A DNA stretch of 64,000 bases from contig MU006007.1 of assembly GCA_010093745.1 (NCBI GenBank), positions 1 to 64,000 on the forward strand. The letters run 5' to 3'. A model generated the notes under the pieces. The model was given only the letters and a program-made list of their open reading frames with translations, searched no databases and was not told the DNA's origin. Positions 35,047 to 45,624 of this stretch are shown piece after piece. The DNA is from Piedraia hortae CBS 480.64 (Eukaryota). Numbering within the stretch: position 1 is the stretch's first letter; the number at the start of each line of letters is the position of its first letter. Position numbers and translations under genes: made by a program.

Positions 35047-37245
35047 TCATGCACGAGGCAAACCGTAGATGCAATCGCACTCGGGCCCAAACTCATCCTC
35101 TAGCGCTTCCTTCGTCCAGGTTCCCGAGAGCACCTGTTCGTATCGTTTTTCCGATACGCGCCGTTGAGTTCTCGCCTGATCCCAGTAGCGCTCCAGCCCT
35201 CTCAAACAGGACAATCCATCTTCAATAGCAGCTCTCCTTTCTGGAGCCTCGCCGGCGCTGACGACATCAATGGCAGCCAATATCATGCCACCCAGGGCGG
35301 GCAGCGAGGTCGCAGCCACCGTGTCTCCTGCTCTCAACGCTCGACCTGCAAGAGAGAGCAATGACAGCGCTGCGTCGTGCGCCGCGCGCACCTGTCGCTC
35401 TACCCGCTCTGGTACCAGGGCATGACGCACATGGCGGTTGAGACGCAGTAGCGTGAAGGCGTGCAGGGCATGCATCAGTACAAACGGGCCTGAGTAGCCC
35501 TCGGCGATACTCGTTCGCAGGTTTTCGTCCGTGTCGCGCAATACCTGAGGGAGGCTCGCCACCCAGCCGGCCAGCGCGGCTTGCATGTGCACGTAGAAGG
35601 CCTCGTGCATTGCACGGTAAGTAGCACGCGCCTGATGCGTTGCTGTGCGCAGATGCAGCCGCACCTCGCCCCAACGCGCCGCCACCGTCTCCAGCCACGC
35701 CAATTCACCCGCCAGACCCAGTGGCGCTCTAGCCGCGCCTTCGGTATCGAAGTAGGGCGAATCTGAGCGTAGGCCACGGTCGTATGCGGCATCAGCGCAC
35801 GGCAGCCGCAGGCACACGTCCGCCGGCGCCACCCAGTTGGTCACCTCGCCTTCAAGCCGGTCCATCAAGAAGCATGCCCAAAAAGTGCGTCGACGACACT
35901 CTGCCAGCTGGTCAATCGTCAGTCCGAACGGCCGCCGTCCATCGCCCGTGCTGCCCGCTCCTTCTCGGTGCAGCTGCAGCGCCACGCCTGTGCTCGTGCG
36001 CGAAGCTGCCCCGGCGTAGTCCCATGCAAGTTCGTGACGTCCAATTGCCATGTAGTATAGACGCAGAAGTAGCTGGGCCTGCGCAATACACAGGCTTTGT
36101 CGTCCCATGAGCGCCGCAATCGCTGCATGAGCATTCTCGGCGCAACGATGTCCAAAAGTCGCATATCTGTCGCCGGCAAAGACGGAGCCCAATCCGATTA
36201 TGGCATCGAGCACAATCATTTCATCGCCGTTGCGTTCCTCTGCAGCCCGTGCCCATCGCGTGAAAGCAGCCGGTGGGAAGAGCCGGTAGACGGCCGAGTT
36301 GACTCGAACAAGAAAAGTCTCGACCAGCTGCAACATCATGTCCCGTTCGGGGTCATCGTCTGATGCGGTTGTGGTGGGCGTACTGGCGGCAATCTTTTTG
36401 GAATCGGACCGTCGTTTGCCCTCGCTCTCATCTGTATCCATACCTGTCCAAGCGGTCGAAGATGGAGTGGCGCCTAGTTCATGGGGTTGTGGGTGCGTGG
36501 CTGTTCGCCGACAAGGTCGTTTGGCCTTGACGCACTGTATACATCCGTTGGGTGCAGGCTCGCACTTGATCTTCTTCTCACGGCAATCCAAACAGGCCAG
36601 CGCCAGACGCTTACGCGGTTTATTGGCCTTGGTCAAGCCCCAAGCCGGATTGACCGTTTCGCCATCAATGTGCGTGGGCATGCGATAACCACTCTCGTAG
36701 ACGTGAAAGGTGCCCTCACCGGGAAATTCCCTGACACCCAAGTATTTTCCAGATGACTCGGGCCCGCCAATTTCGTTCGGTCGGCTGGGAGACTCGTCCG
36801 GAGGTGGACGGGGCGATTCTGGTAATTTTGGGTAGGAGCGCACAGGAAGTTCCATGGTGCGTGCCGGATAACTCGAAGCATTGTCTGGATAGTTCAGGGC
36901 GAGGGGAGGGTGCAGCACCATCGGGGGATGCCAGCCATGCGGCGGGTATCCGAGTTCGTGGACTGGAGGAGGCGACCAAGGTTGTCCATACGGTGACCCG
37001 ATGCTTGTCAAAATATCTCTGACTCCCGGCAGCTGTGGGGGACGATCCTGGCGCTGGTAGGCCGAGGAAGAGTTGTACGAAGCAGTTCGTGGCTCGATCG
37101 GTCGTGGCAGTTCCATGCCAGCTGAGGGTCGAGGAAACCCCGATGGCGATGTTGGCAGAGTCGTAGATGGAGCAGCATTGCGACTATGGAGGCTGTTCCC
37201 AGCACGAGCTGGCGGCTGCTCGGGCCGGGAAGTCGAACGATTCAT
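35047..37245 (-). CDS. Zn(II)2Cys6 transcription factor with fungal middle-homology domain
   Basis: ACLDCREKKIKCEPAPNGCIQCVKAKRPC and ECRRRTFWACFLMDR. Confidence 0.92.
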   Translation of the reverse strand: MNRSTSRPEQPPARAGNSLHSRNAAPSTTLPTSPSGFPRPSAGMELPRPIEPRTASYNSSSAYQRQDRPPQLPGVRDILTSIGSPYGQPWSPPPVHELGYPPHGWHPPMVLHPPLALNYPDNASSYPARTMELPVRSYPKLPESPRPPPDESPSRPNEIGGPESSGKYLGVREFPGEGTFHVYESGYRMPTHIDGETVNPAWGLTKANKPRKRLALACLDCREKKIKCEPAPNGCIQCVKAKRPCRRTATHPQPHELGATPSSTAWTGMDTDESEGKRRSDSKKIAASTPTTTASDDDPERDMMLQLVETFLVRVNSAVYRLFPPAAFTRWARAAEERNGDEMIVLDAIIGLGSVFAGDRYATFGHRCAENAHAAIAALMGRQSLCIAQAQLLLRLYYMAIGRHELAWDYAGAASRTSTGVALQLHREGAGSTGDGRRPFGLTIDQLAECRRRTFWACFLMDRLEGEVTNWVAPADVCLRLPCADAAYDRGLRSDSPYFDTEGAARAPLGLAGELAWLETVAARWGEVRLHLRTATHQARATYRAMHEAFYVHMQAALAGWVASLPQVLRDTDENLRTSIAEGYSGPFVLMHALHAFTLLRLNRHVRHALVPERVERQVRAAHDAALSLLSLAGRALRAGDTVAATSLPALGGMILAAIDVVSAGEAPERRAAIEDGLSCLRGLERYWDQARTQRRVSEKRYEQVLSGTWTKEALEDEFGPECDCIYGLPRA

Positions 37246-39142
37246 CCTTCAATCACTGACACAGAATATCAACGACTGGCCGGGCCATGGGTATGACATG
37301 GTCAGACTGGGACCAGACTGGGAATATAGAGAATGGGGAAGGAAGAGAGAGGAGAAAAAACTTTTAGGAGAGGATCAAAGATAATAAAGGGAGACCCCTC
37401 TTTTCTTTCCCCCACCCCGGCCTGAGCCAGTGAGTTTTTTTGAGGGGACTTGACATTACCGGGAAGCGGGATGTGGATTTGGGGGCCCGGTATGGGGGTA
37501 GAGACTCCAGAGGTTTGTAGGTCGAAAGCTGTATGGCGTGTCGGCTAATGGGCTGGTCGGGCACTGACGAGTCTGATTGGACCAGGACGTGAACGTCCAG
37601 GAATCAAAGCCGCACGGGCCATGGATGAACAGATGGGCGTCGGCGAGAGTTTGCTTAGAGGTCAGGTAGCTCGAGACAACTCACACGCGCCCGCCCCAGG
37701 ACCGTTAACGGCGCATGCGCCCCTCTCGGATTGAGTGGCGTATGCGAGTCGCCACCCATTACCCCCCAGAGACACAAAACGGCCCCGCTTGTGTGTCTGG
37801 ATCGCCGTGTTGAGGGTTGCACAATTGCGCCCACGGCTTCCTTCGGACGGCCTTCTCCCACCGGCAGAGGAAGCTGTCCGCTCCGCCGCCACGTGCATCC
37901 GGCCCAAGAGAGGCACACCGCCACCGGGGGTCGCGCCAGGCCCGGCAGCAGCGCACCGCAAAGCTGCATCTCTTTGCCGACCGGCTCCGAGACCCAGCAT
38001 CCATGCTGCTCCCCGCGGGCGGACCGGCTGATCCTGTTGCTTCTGCCGGCTGCACAACCCGGGATGATAGAGGTCACGCGACACGTCCCTGGGTATGCTG
38101 CCTGACGTGATTTTTGCTCGAGTGGCCTGATCTTCCCTAGAAAAAAATTCCCGAAGGGCACGGTACGCACATAGAGCTGTGAGGGCGGTGGGCGGCACTC
38201 GGGCAGATGCATGCATGACCTGCACCCGCCGTCCTGCCTTGACCAAGGAGAAAAAAGGAAAAAAAAAAACCTTTTGATCCAGATGGAAGCAGATCGCCAA
38301 CTGTAGAATCACGAGTGTGACTTCTAGTGCGCCATAGTTACCGAAGGGTTTTCTGGTTTCTCTCTACGTGCCGGAGGACATGCAATCCGTCCTTGCATCT
38401 CCCATCCTTTTGGGTATGGTAAATGTCGGACGGCATATTTCAAGCTGTCAGACAACATTTCTGGAAAGCTTCGGGTGTATATTTAGTTCTTCGCCGTTTT
38501 GGCACTGCAGCGCGCAGGACCGTACATTAGGTGGTGGTGAATTAGGAGAAATGGCTTGTTCCACGTAAAGGCATTGTCAAGGGCCCTTGGTTGGATTATC
38601 TGCGCAGCCCCACACTGTGACCAATGAAAACCTGCAGTGGTGGTGCCTTGAGTCTTGCCAAGCCCCCCAAGATATCTGCCTGAAAAATTAAGAGCCGAGT
38701 GATGAACACAGGCCACCCCTGTTGATGTGCGATGTCGCTGCCCTGTGAAACACGATGGCCTTGCAGATCATCGCGACTTTTGACATCCGCTCAGCTCGTT
38801 CTTTTCTATCGCACAACATATACCAATCTAACTGGCCAGACGAGACCAAATCGGATGGCTACGGATCACGTAACCGCGACGCTTAAGCTGCAAGATGCCG
38901 CCAGCCGTGGGGATCTAAACCGGCTTTTTGGATGGAGAACTGATTAGCAATACTGAGATGAGAAAAGGTGTGGCGTCACCTGCCGGCTTTCACACACCCC
39001 CACGCGGGGTCAACAAACGGGGGGTTGCTACCAGGGGCCGAACCTTTGCTGCTTTGTGCTGCAGGGATACGACGGGAGTAACCGTTGTTTACCCTCCTCC
39101 CCCCCCCCCCCCACGCCAAGCCCTTTAACCCACAACACCTAC

Positions 39143-41038
39143 ATGGACACAGCAGGCCGCTTTCTTACGGCCCTTGCCTCAATTTTGCTAAGGCTCTGTG
39201 CTTATCTTTTCCTTCGATGGATTCCTGGCCATCATTTTCCACCCGCTATTTGGGCTCTATTGGCCGCGTACATTCCCTCTTTCGTTTATCAACTCGTAAA
39301 CTTGTCGCCTTGGGCGTTAGTTGACGATGAAATCGACATTCTTGTACCAGACGAGGACGATGTCGATCTGGAAGATATCGATGTTGTCGAAACGGTTACG
39401 GTCCGTAAAAAAAGCCCCCAAATTATCAAGACGCTTCTCACCGGTTTGCCAAGCCCCACGAGCTTTTTCTGGAGTGCGGTGACCTTTGCCATAAATATAG
39501 CTCTGGCTGCCATGGTCTGGGACTTTGTATACCGCGCCACTCTCTTTCACCCCGCCCGCGATCTGTCACTGGCTCGAGCCGGTTACGTATCGGATTCAGC
39601 TGCTCATATTCTGGTCCGTGAACCCGAAATCTCGCAGCTCCCGATTTCGGTTTCCTACCGATATGCGGATCCCCCATTGGCTCATCCATTTCACGATCCG
39701 GACTGGAAGCGGGCCGGTCATCTCGAGTGGCTGGACGAGTCTACCGACTACACTGGCACATTCACATTGACGGGGCTACGTCCCGATACAAAGTACGAAT
39801 GGGCGACTAGCAACAACCGCTCTGGGACTTTTGTGACTGCTCCTCGTCCAGGCCACACATCATCCAGGCTTGATTCACCTGGTCGGTTTACATTTCTGCA
39901 CACGTCATGCCTTAAAAACAACTTTCCTTATCGTCCGTTTTCCAACCCCCTTTCCAACACTGGCCTCAAGCTGTTGGGCGAGAAGGTTGGCGAGTTGCAT
40001 GCACGCTTCATGCTCTTTTTAGGCGATTTCATCTACATTGACGTGCCACACCGCCACGGTAGCACTGCAGAGCATTACCGAAGGGAATATCGTCAAACGT
40101 ACGCCAGTCCTGATTGGGAGGGTGCAACACGCGAGCTGCCCTGGATTCACGTTTACGACGACCACGAAATCGCCAACGACTGGGACGGAAACACGACGGG
40201 CATTTTCCGCGCAGCCGACGACCCATACCAGCATTATCACATTTCCGTGAATCCGCCCCCCGTCCGCTCAGGACGCACATATTTCTCCTTTACCCATGGC
40301 CCTGCAACGTTTTTTATGCTCGACACTCGGAGGTATAGGTCCCCTAACGACGCCACCGACGGTGCCGACCCCGTAACGGGCGAGGCTACAAAAACGATGC
40401 TCGGCCAGGAACAGTTGGCGGATCTTTTGCAGTGGCTGCAACGGCCTGAGCCGGCTGGTGTGCGATGGAAAATCGTCATCAGTTCTGTTCCGTTTACGCA
40501 GAACTGGTATGTTAACGCGCAGGACACGTGGCGCGGATACCTCGGCGAGCGGCAAGTGATCCTGGAAGCCATGTGGGATGTGGGGCTTATGGAAGGCGGG
40601 CTTGGCGTGGTGGTCCTTTCGGGAGATCGACACGAGTTCGCGGCAACGGCGTTTCCACCTCCGCCGGAAGGCGTTATCGAGGTTCTTGGGATGCCTCATG
40701 GCGGCGATCCTCTTCGACCGCGAGAGAACCCAAGTCTGCTGCGGACGAGACGCAAACGCTGGCCGGCCAAGGCTACGGTGCACGAGTTTTCGGTCAGTCC
40801 GTTGAATATGTTTTACCTGCCCACGCGCAGCTATGCTGAGCCGTCGCCTGACGAAGACGGATACGTCAGCGATGTGCGGATTAAGTACATCCCCGACGGG
40901 AATAGCAAGTTTGGGGCTGTTAGTATTGATGATCCGGGCACGAGTGATCAGTCGCTGCTGCACTATCGTTTGTTTGTGGACGGAAAGGAAGCTTGGAGTT
41001 ACATGCTGTCTGCTGGGGGAGGGGGGAACAAGATCTAA
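39143..41038 (+). CDS. PhoD-like alkaline phosphatase/phosphodiesterase, membrane anchored
   Basis: N-terminal hydrophobic segments, FN3-like LTGLRPDTKYEW, and metal-binding motifs FLGDFIYID, VYDDHEIANDW, LDTRRYR and LSGDRHE. Confidence 0.9.
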   Translation: MDTAGRFLTALASILLRLCAYLFLRWIPGHHFPPAIWALLAAYIPSFVYQLVNLSPWALVDDEIDILVPDEDDVDLEDIDVVETVTVRKKSPQIIKTLLTGLPSPTSFFWSAVTFAINIALAAMVWDFVYRATLFHPARDLSLARAGYVSDSAAHILVREPEISQLPISVSYRYADPPLAHPFHDPDWKRAGHLEWLDESTDYTGTFTLTGLRPDTKYEWATSNNRSGTFVTAPRPGHTSSRLDSPGRFTFLHTSCLKNNFPYRPFSNPLSNTGLKLLGEKVGELHARFMLFLGDFIYIDVPHRHGSTAEHYRREYRQTYASPDWEGATRELPWIHVYDDHEIANDWDGNTTGIFRAADDPYQHYHISVNPPPVRSGRTYFSFTHGPATFFMLDTRRYRSPNDATDGADPVTGEATKTMLGQEQLADLLQWLQRPEPAGVRWKIVISSVPFTQNWYVNAQDTWRGYLGERQVILEAMWDVGLMEGGLGVVVLSGDRHEFAATAFPPPPEGVIEVLGMPHGGDPLRPRENPSLLRTRRKRWPAKATVHEFSVSPLNMFYLPTRSYAEPSPDEDGYVSDVRIKYIPDGNSKFGAVSIDDPGTSDQSLLHYRLFVDGKEAWSYMLSAGGGGNKI

Positions 41039-41049
41039 TCATGCTGTAC

Positions 41050-41068
41050 TAGTAGTAGTAGTAGTAGT
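41050..41068. repeat. (TAG)6 microsatellite
   Basis: Read directly, just 3' of the PhoD stop codon. Confidence 0.8.
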
Positions 41069-41506
41069 GTATATACGTATCTCATGTCATGCAATCTTGT
41101 AGATCTAGCCAAAGTCAAAGGACGGGGTGCTTGAAGTTGAGCACTGCCCCTCAAAAAGCTTTGAACAATCAAGAATCAAACAAAAACGCACTTACATATC
41201 CGTTCCGTAACCTGAACGTAACCTATGATAGACGCGTGCCTGCGCAAACTTTATACCGACCGTTCAACTTTCAAGGTGTTTCCGTTACATGCACGTGAAT
41301 TTCCCCACGCGTTTCCAAGATAACCCCACAATCCAATCCACACCTCCCCGACCCAATTACGCGCCAGCGCAGCGATCGCATCTCTCCTAATACCAGCAAA
41401 TCATAATCGCGAAAGCGACCCAACCAATTCCACGCGAAGCATTCCCCCCGCACAACTCCCGCGAGAAGCATCCCCACTATCCACCATTACCCACCCGCAA
41501 TTAACA

Positions 41507-42280
41507 ATGCAATCCGCCCTCCTCACACCCCTAACAAACACAACCCAAACCCTCACCCGCCTCGCGGAGAGCATCTCAGCCTACAACCCCTCAGTAAGCA
41601 CCTGCACCACACTTGTAACCCAAACCGACGAGCTCGAGGACGCGTTAGCGTCCCTACACCAACATCAAATTTTGCATACGCGGAAGGGAGAGCTTCAACG
41701 CGATTTCGCGCGGGGAGTTGATGAAGGGAGGGATGTTACGAGACGACTGATTGAGTTGAGGAGAGAGTTGATTAGTATTGTGGGGTTGGGGAGGGAGGGG
41801 GAACGGGAGGTGGAGTTGGGGGAGGTTTTGGGGTTTGGGGGGGGAATAGCGAGGGGAACGGGATTTAGGGGGAATGATAAGAGGGGGGAGGAGGGAAAAA
41901 ACCAGGATGGAAAAGATGACAAGGGAGAGTCGTTCGGGGATACGTCAACGCCGTACGAACGAAGAAGGGGAGGGTATGGAACTTCACCTCCCCCTCCAAA
42001 GCCACACCCAGATGTGATTAAACGGGGCATAATAACTGAAGTGGACGAGAGGTTCCTGGGTAGGGCCGCGGCGCGGGTTGTGCAGCCTTGGCCTAGTGTT
42101 GATCAGATTTTTTCGGGAAATTTGGTCAAAGTCCAGAAGCGAATGGAGGCGGAGGAGGAAGCTGCTGCTGCTGGGGTTGTGGGTGATAAAGAGAAGAAGA
42201 GTTTCTGGGAAGAGGAAGGGGGAGGGTATAACGGTGCTGCGGCGGGTGAAGAAGAAGATGTCTTTGATCCTGACGCTTAG
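41507..42280 (+). CDS. Probable Mediator subunit Med4, divergent
   Basis: LAESISAYNPS, coiled coil, EVLGFGGGIARGT (cf. ELLxYAxxISxxT), QPWPSVDQIFSGNL and acidic FDPD tail. Confidence 0.6.
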   Translation: MQSALLTPLTNTTQTLTRLAESISAYNPSVSTCTTLVTQTDELEDALASLHQHQILHTRKGELQRDFARGVDEGRDVTRRLIELRRELISIVGLGREGEREVELGEVLGFGGGIARGTGFRGNDKRGEEGKNQDGKDDKGESFGDTSTPYERRRGGYGTSPPPPKPHPDVIKRGIITEVDERFLGRAAARVVQPWPSVDQIFSGNLVKVQKRMEAEEEAAAAGVVGDKEKKSFWEEEGGGYNGAAAGEEEDVFDPDA

Positions 42281-42347
42281 AAAATTTCTTAATTAAAGAT
42301 GATATATTTGACGTTCCAAAAAAAGCAGCTGGTATCATGAGAATCTT

Positions 42348-43842
42348 TCAAAAAACCGTTCCGTCGGAAGAAATCATTATGGGCGACTCCTTGGTGTTGG
42401 GCCGCGAAACTTCGGCGAGTTCCCGACCGCCTTTCCACGTTCCCGCTTCCAGAAGCTGGGCGAGGCTCAGCCTCTCGCCCGCTGGCAGGTTCAGGCATGA
42501 GTTGACTTCGTCTAGAAGCAGGTCCATGAACCCGACTGTCAGTGCCCTCCACTCTACGATTACGTCATCCTCGACGGAGAAGAGAGGCACGACCTCCATG
42601 TTTGGCTGACCTTCTCGCGTCGCGTTCTTCTGGAACGCGTCCAGACCGCGTTTTGCATCCTCGGGTTTGAGGGTCAAGAGGCCAGTGTCGATGAGAAGAC
42701 CGCCGTTGCGGTATTCGGGTAGCCCTGTGAGGAGTTCCGTGCCGACAAAGTGCACGTTTGCCAGTCTCTGCATTGGGACCATGAGGGAATAGGCTAGCCA
42801 TTGTGTGGCATTGTGGAAGGGGACGATGTGTTCCCATGGTTCGGTGGCGTTCGGCATCGACGCATATGGCCACGCATCGCCAACGGATTTTCCCGAAACC
42901 TGAGGGCGCGACGTGGGCCAAATGTTGGACAATCCGTCCGCCAACGCTGTCCAGAGCGTGGGGACGGGGACTATGGGAACTGCTGTAACGACTGTTGTGG
43001 AGTGGGAGAGGAGATAGTCAAGAAGGTTGCCCGGGCGTGCATCGGCGCCGAAAATCTCCTTGTTCTGAAGAGCAACACTCAGGCGCTTCAAGAGATTTGC
43101 CCGACCTTGAAGGCCGCTGACGGGGTTGTCGGCTGTATCCTGCAGCCCTTTGGCGAGTTTCTCAACCGTTAATGCTTTTAGTCCCGCGCTGTCAACGCGG
43201 AAAGGCTGATCGGGCTGGCTGGAGAAGAGCCCGGTCTTGAACATCTCTAGACTCGCTACGGCGAGACCCTCGCTGCGGCTGTAAACGTTGGCGCTTTCCT
43301 TGGATTTATACCGCCATCTCGTGCCCGACCCGGCATCCAGCAGGACGGAAACAACAAAGAGGTCCATCAACCTTCGCGTTCTTTCCTGCGTATCCACGGT
43401 GCTGGGCCAGGAGGCCATCAGCTGATCGATTCGCGGACGACCTCCGACGTCAAAATGCTGCCACCGGCTGAGCTGGGGTATGTCCTTGAAATCAGGGCCA
43501 TGATCCCTCTATTCAGGTCAGCTTTGCGGCAAGAGTTTCATGGATTCAAAATACCTTGATGATGGAAACAACATAATGCGCCGTGTCTGCGAACTTGGTC
43601 ATATCCACGGAAAAATGCGTCGATTTGCCCTCGAGGGCCTTGTCGAGTATCGGCTTGCAGCGCTCACGCACAGCGTAGATGCTGCGCAAATAGCCGACAG
43701 GGTCCTGGAGCGGATCGGGGGCTTTTGGCAAGGGGAGGTCGGGGAGATTGGCGTTCTCGGCTGGGTTCGCGGGGCCGCGTCTGCTGGGCGGGTTGTTGGA
43801 GCCATTAGTGGAAGGACGGTCGCGGCGGTTAAAGAAACCCAT
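42348..43842 (-). CDS. URC4: Uracil catabolism protein Urc4/Urg3 (DUF1688); intron 43509-43554
   Basis: YLRSIYAVRERC, SRWQHFDVGG, DLFVVSVLLDAGSG, SRSEGLAVAS, LTGLPEYRNGGL, VEWRALTV and ISSDGTVF C-terminus. Confidence 0.9.
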
Positions 43843-44361
43843 TAGAATAGGAAAAAAATGAAGGAGACAAGGAAAAGAAAGACTGAAGGGAATGTCGTTG
43901 ACCGTCGGGGGCTTGGATGTCCAATGACCCAATCGGGCATGGTCGACACCTGTCGCAGCCGAAATTAACGGGCCCACCGAGGAGCCCACCGAGGGACCCG
44001 CTGCGGGACCCACTGATCGCCCGGGATGCACGGGCTAATAATGACTTCAGATGGTGGAGAGATCATCTCCATCTCTGTGGTCGTGCGAGTCAACAGCAAT
44101 CCAGACCTTTCTTTACGTCCAGGCCATCTCTTGAGTAATCATCGAATTTGGCAGGATGGCTAGTCTAGGCAACTATCATACTGTATAGGACTATAGTTGG
44201 GCACAACCACCGTATCCCACCACGCTAGTCTCGGCACAAACACAGCCACACCTCCTCCCGCCCAATCCTTTGCATTTGATCGTGGAATTAACAACTGTCC
44301 CACCAGTTGAGAAGCGCCATACTGAAGCCGTTCTGAAAATCTTCCGTTAAGGTTTCGACCA

Positions 44362-45624
44362 ATGGATGCCCCTCCACTTTCAGGCCTCCGAGTGCTCGAA
44401 CTTGCCGGCCTCGCACCTGGTACGTAGACCATGTATGCAGCTAAAAGTCAGCCCACCTAAAGATGACATCCCTGCACAGCCCCCTTTACGGGCATGCTTC
44501 TGGCCGACTGGGGCGCCACGGTCCTGCGAATTGACCGTCCCCCCAGCGAAGCATCCCTACCCACCAGCGACCAGCTCGTGCGGCGGAAGTCCAGCATCCT
44601 GCTCGACCTCAAGTTGCAGAGCAGTGTGAAACTCTTACACTCTCTACTCGCACATGTAGATGTGTTCATCGACCCCTACCGCCCAGGTGTATTAGAGAAG
44701 CTGGGGTTGGATCCTAGAGATCTTGTCGCCCAGAACCCTCGACTGATCGTTGCCCGATTAACTGGGTTTCGACCTCCTGAATCTGATGAAGCTGCCAACA
44801 AAGCTTCATACAGCCATCGTGCGGGCCATGATATCAATTACATATCCCTCTCCGGCGCACTGTCACTATTTGGACCCGCGGATCGTCCGCCCACAGCTCC
44901 CGCGAACCTACTCGCGGACTTTGCCGGCGGGGGATCTGTCTGTTTTATGGGAATCTTACTCGCCCTTATTCATCGGGCTCGAACGGGCAAAGGCCAGATC
45001 GTGGATGCGAACATGGTCGATGGGTCGGCATATCTCGCCACTATGGCTAGATTAGCCTCGAAAACCCCATTTTGGGATGCTCCGCGGGGAGAGAACCCAC
45101 TTGACGGTGGGTGTCCTTTTTACCAAGCATACGAGACCAAAGATGGCCTCTTCGTAGCCGTCGGCGCGTTGGAAGAAAAGTTCTTTTCTGAACTACTCCA
45201 CGGACTGGATCTAACTGAACCAACCTACGGCGATAGATGGAACAAACAACTCTGGCCTAAACAAAAAGCCTTGCTAACAGCAACCTTCAAAACCAAAACC
45301 CGAGCGGAGTGGGAGGGTATCTTCATCGGAAAAGACGCCTGCGTCACACCAGTCCTCACCCACTCCGACCTCCAACAGCGAGGCTTCAAACAACGTCCCA
45401 TCGTGCATCTCTCCTTCTCCCCGGGGTTAGCCATCGAACCCGGCCCTTCAGGAGGGCAGGGACCGGGCGTTCACGGTTCAGGCTGGAGCGAAGCGGGCCT
45501 CCTCCCCGGCCACAACGGCGAATCCATCCTAACTTCCTGGACCCACTGGCAACGAGGCCACAACTACACAATCTTACAAAACGGAACATTAACGTTAACC
45601 CATCCAACCCAGTCAAAACTCTAA
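44362..45624 (+). CDS. CoA-transferase family III / alpha-methylacyl-CoA racemase, peroxisomal; intron 44420-44479
   Basis: PLSGLRVLELAGLAP|APF, YRPGVLEKLGL, AGHDINY, NLLADFAGG and a C-terminal SKL (PTS1). Confidence 0.92.

Noticed and set aside
37655..38312. 185-aa and 216-aa ORFs upstream of the Zn2Cys6 gene
   Set aside because: Several frames are open on both strands, there are no motifs, and they cross homopolymer runs; better explained as GC-rich non-coding DNA.
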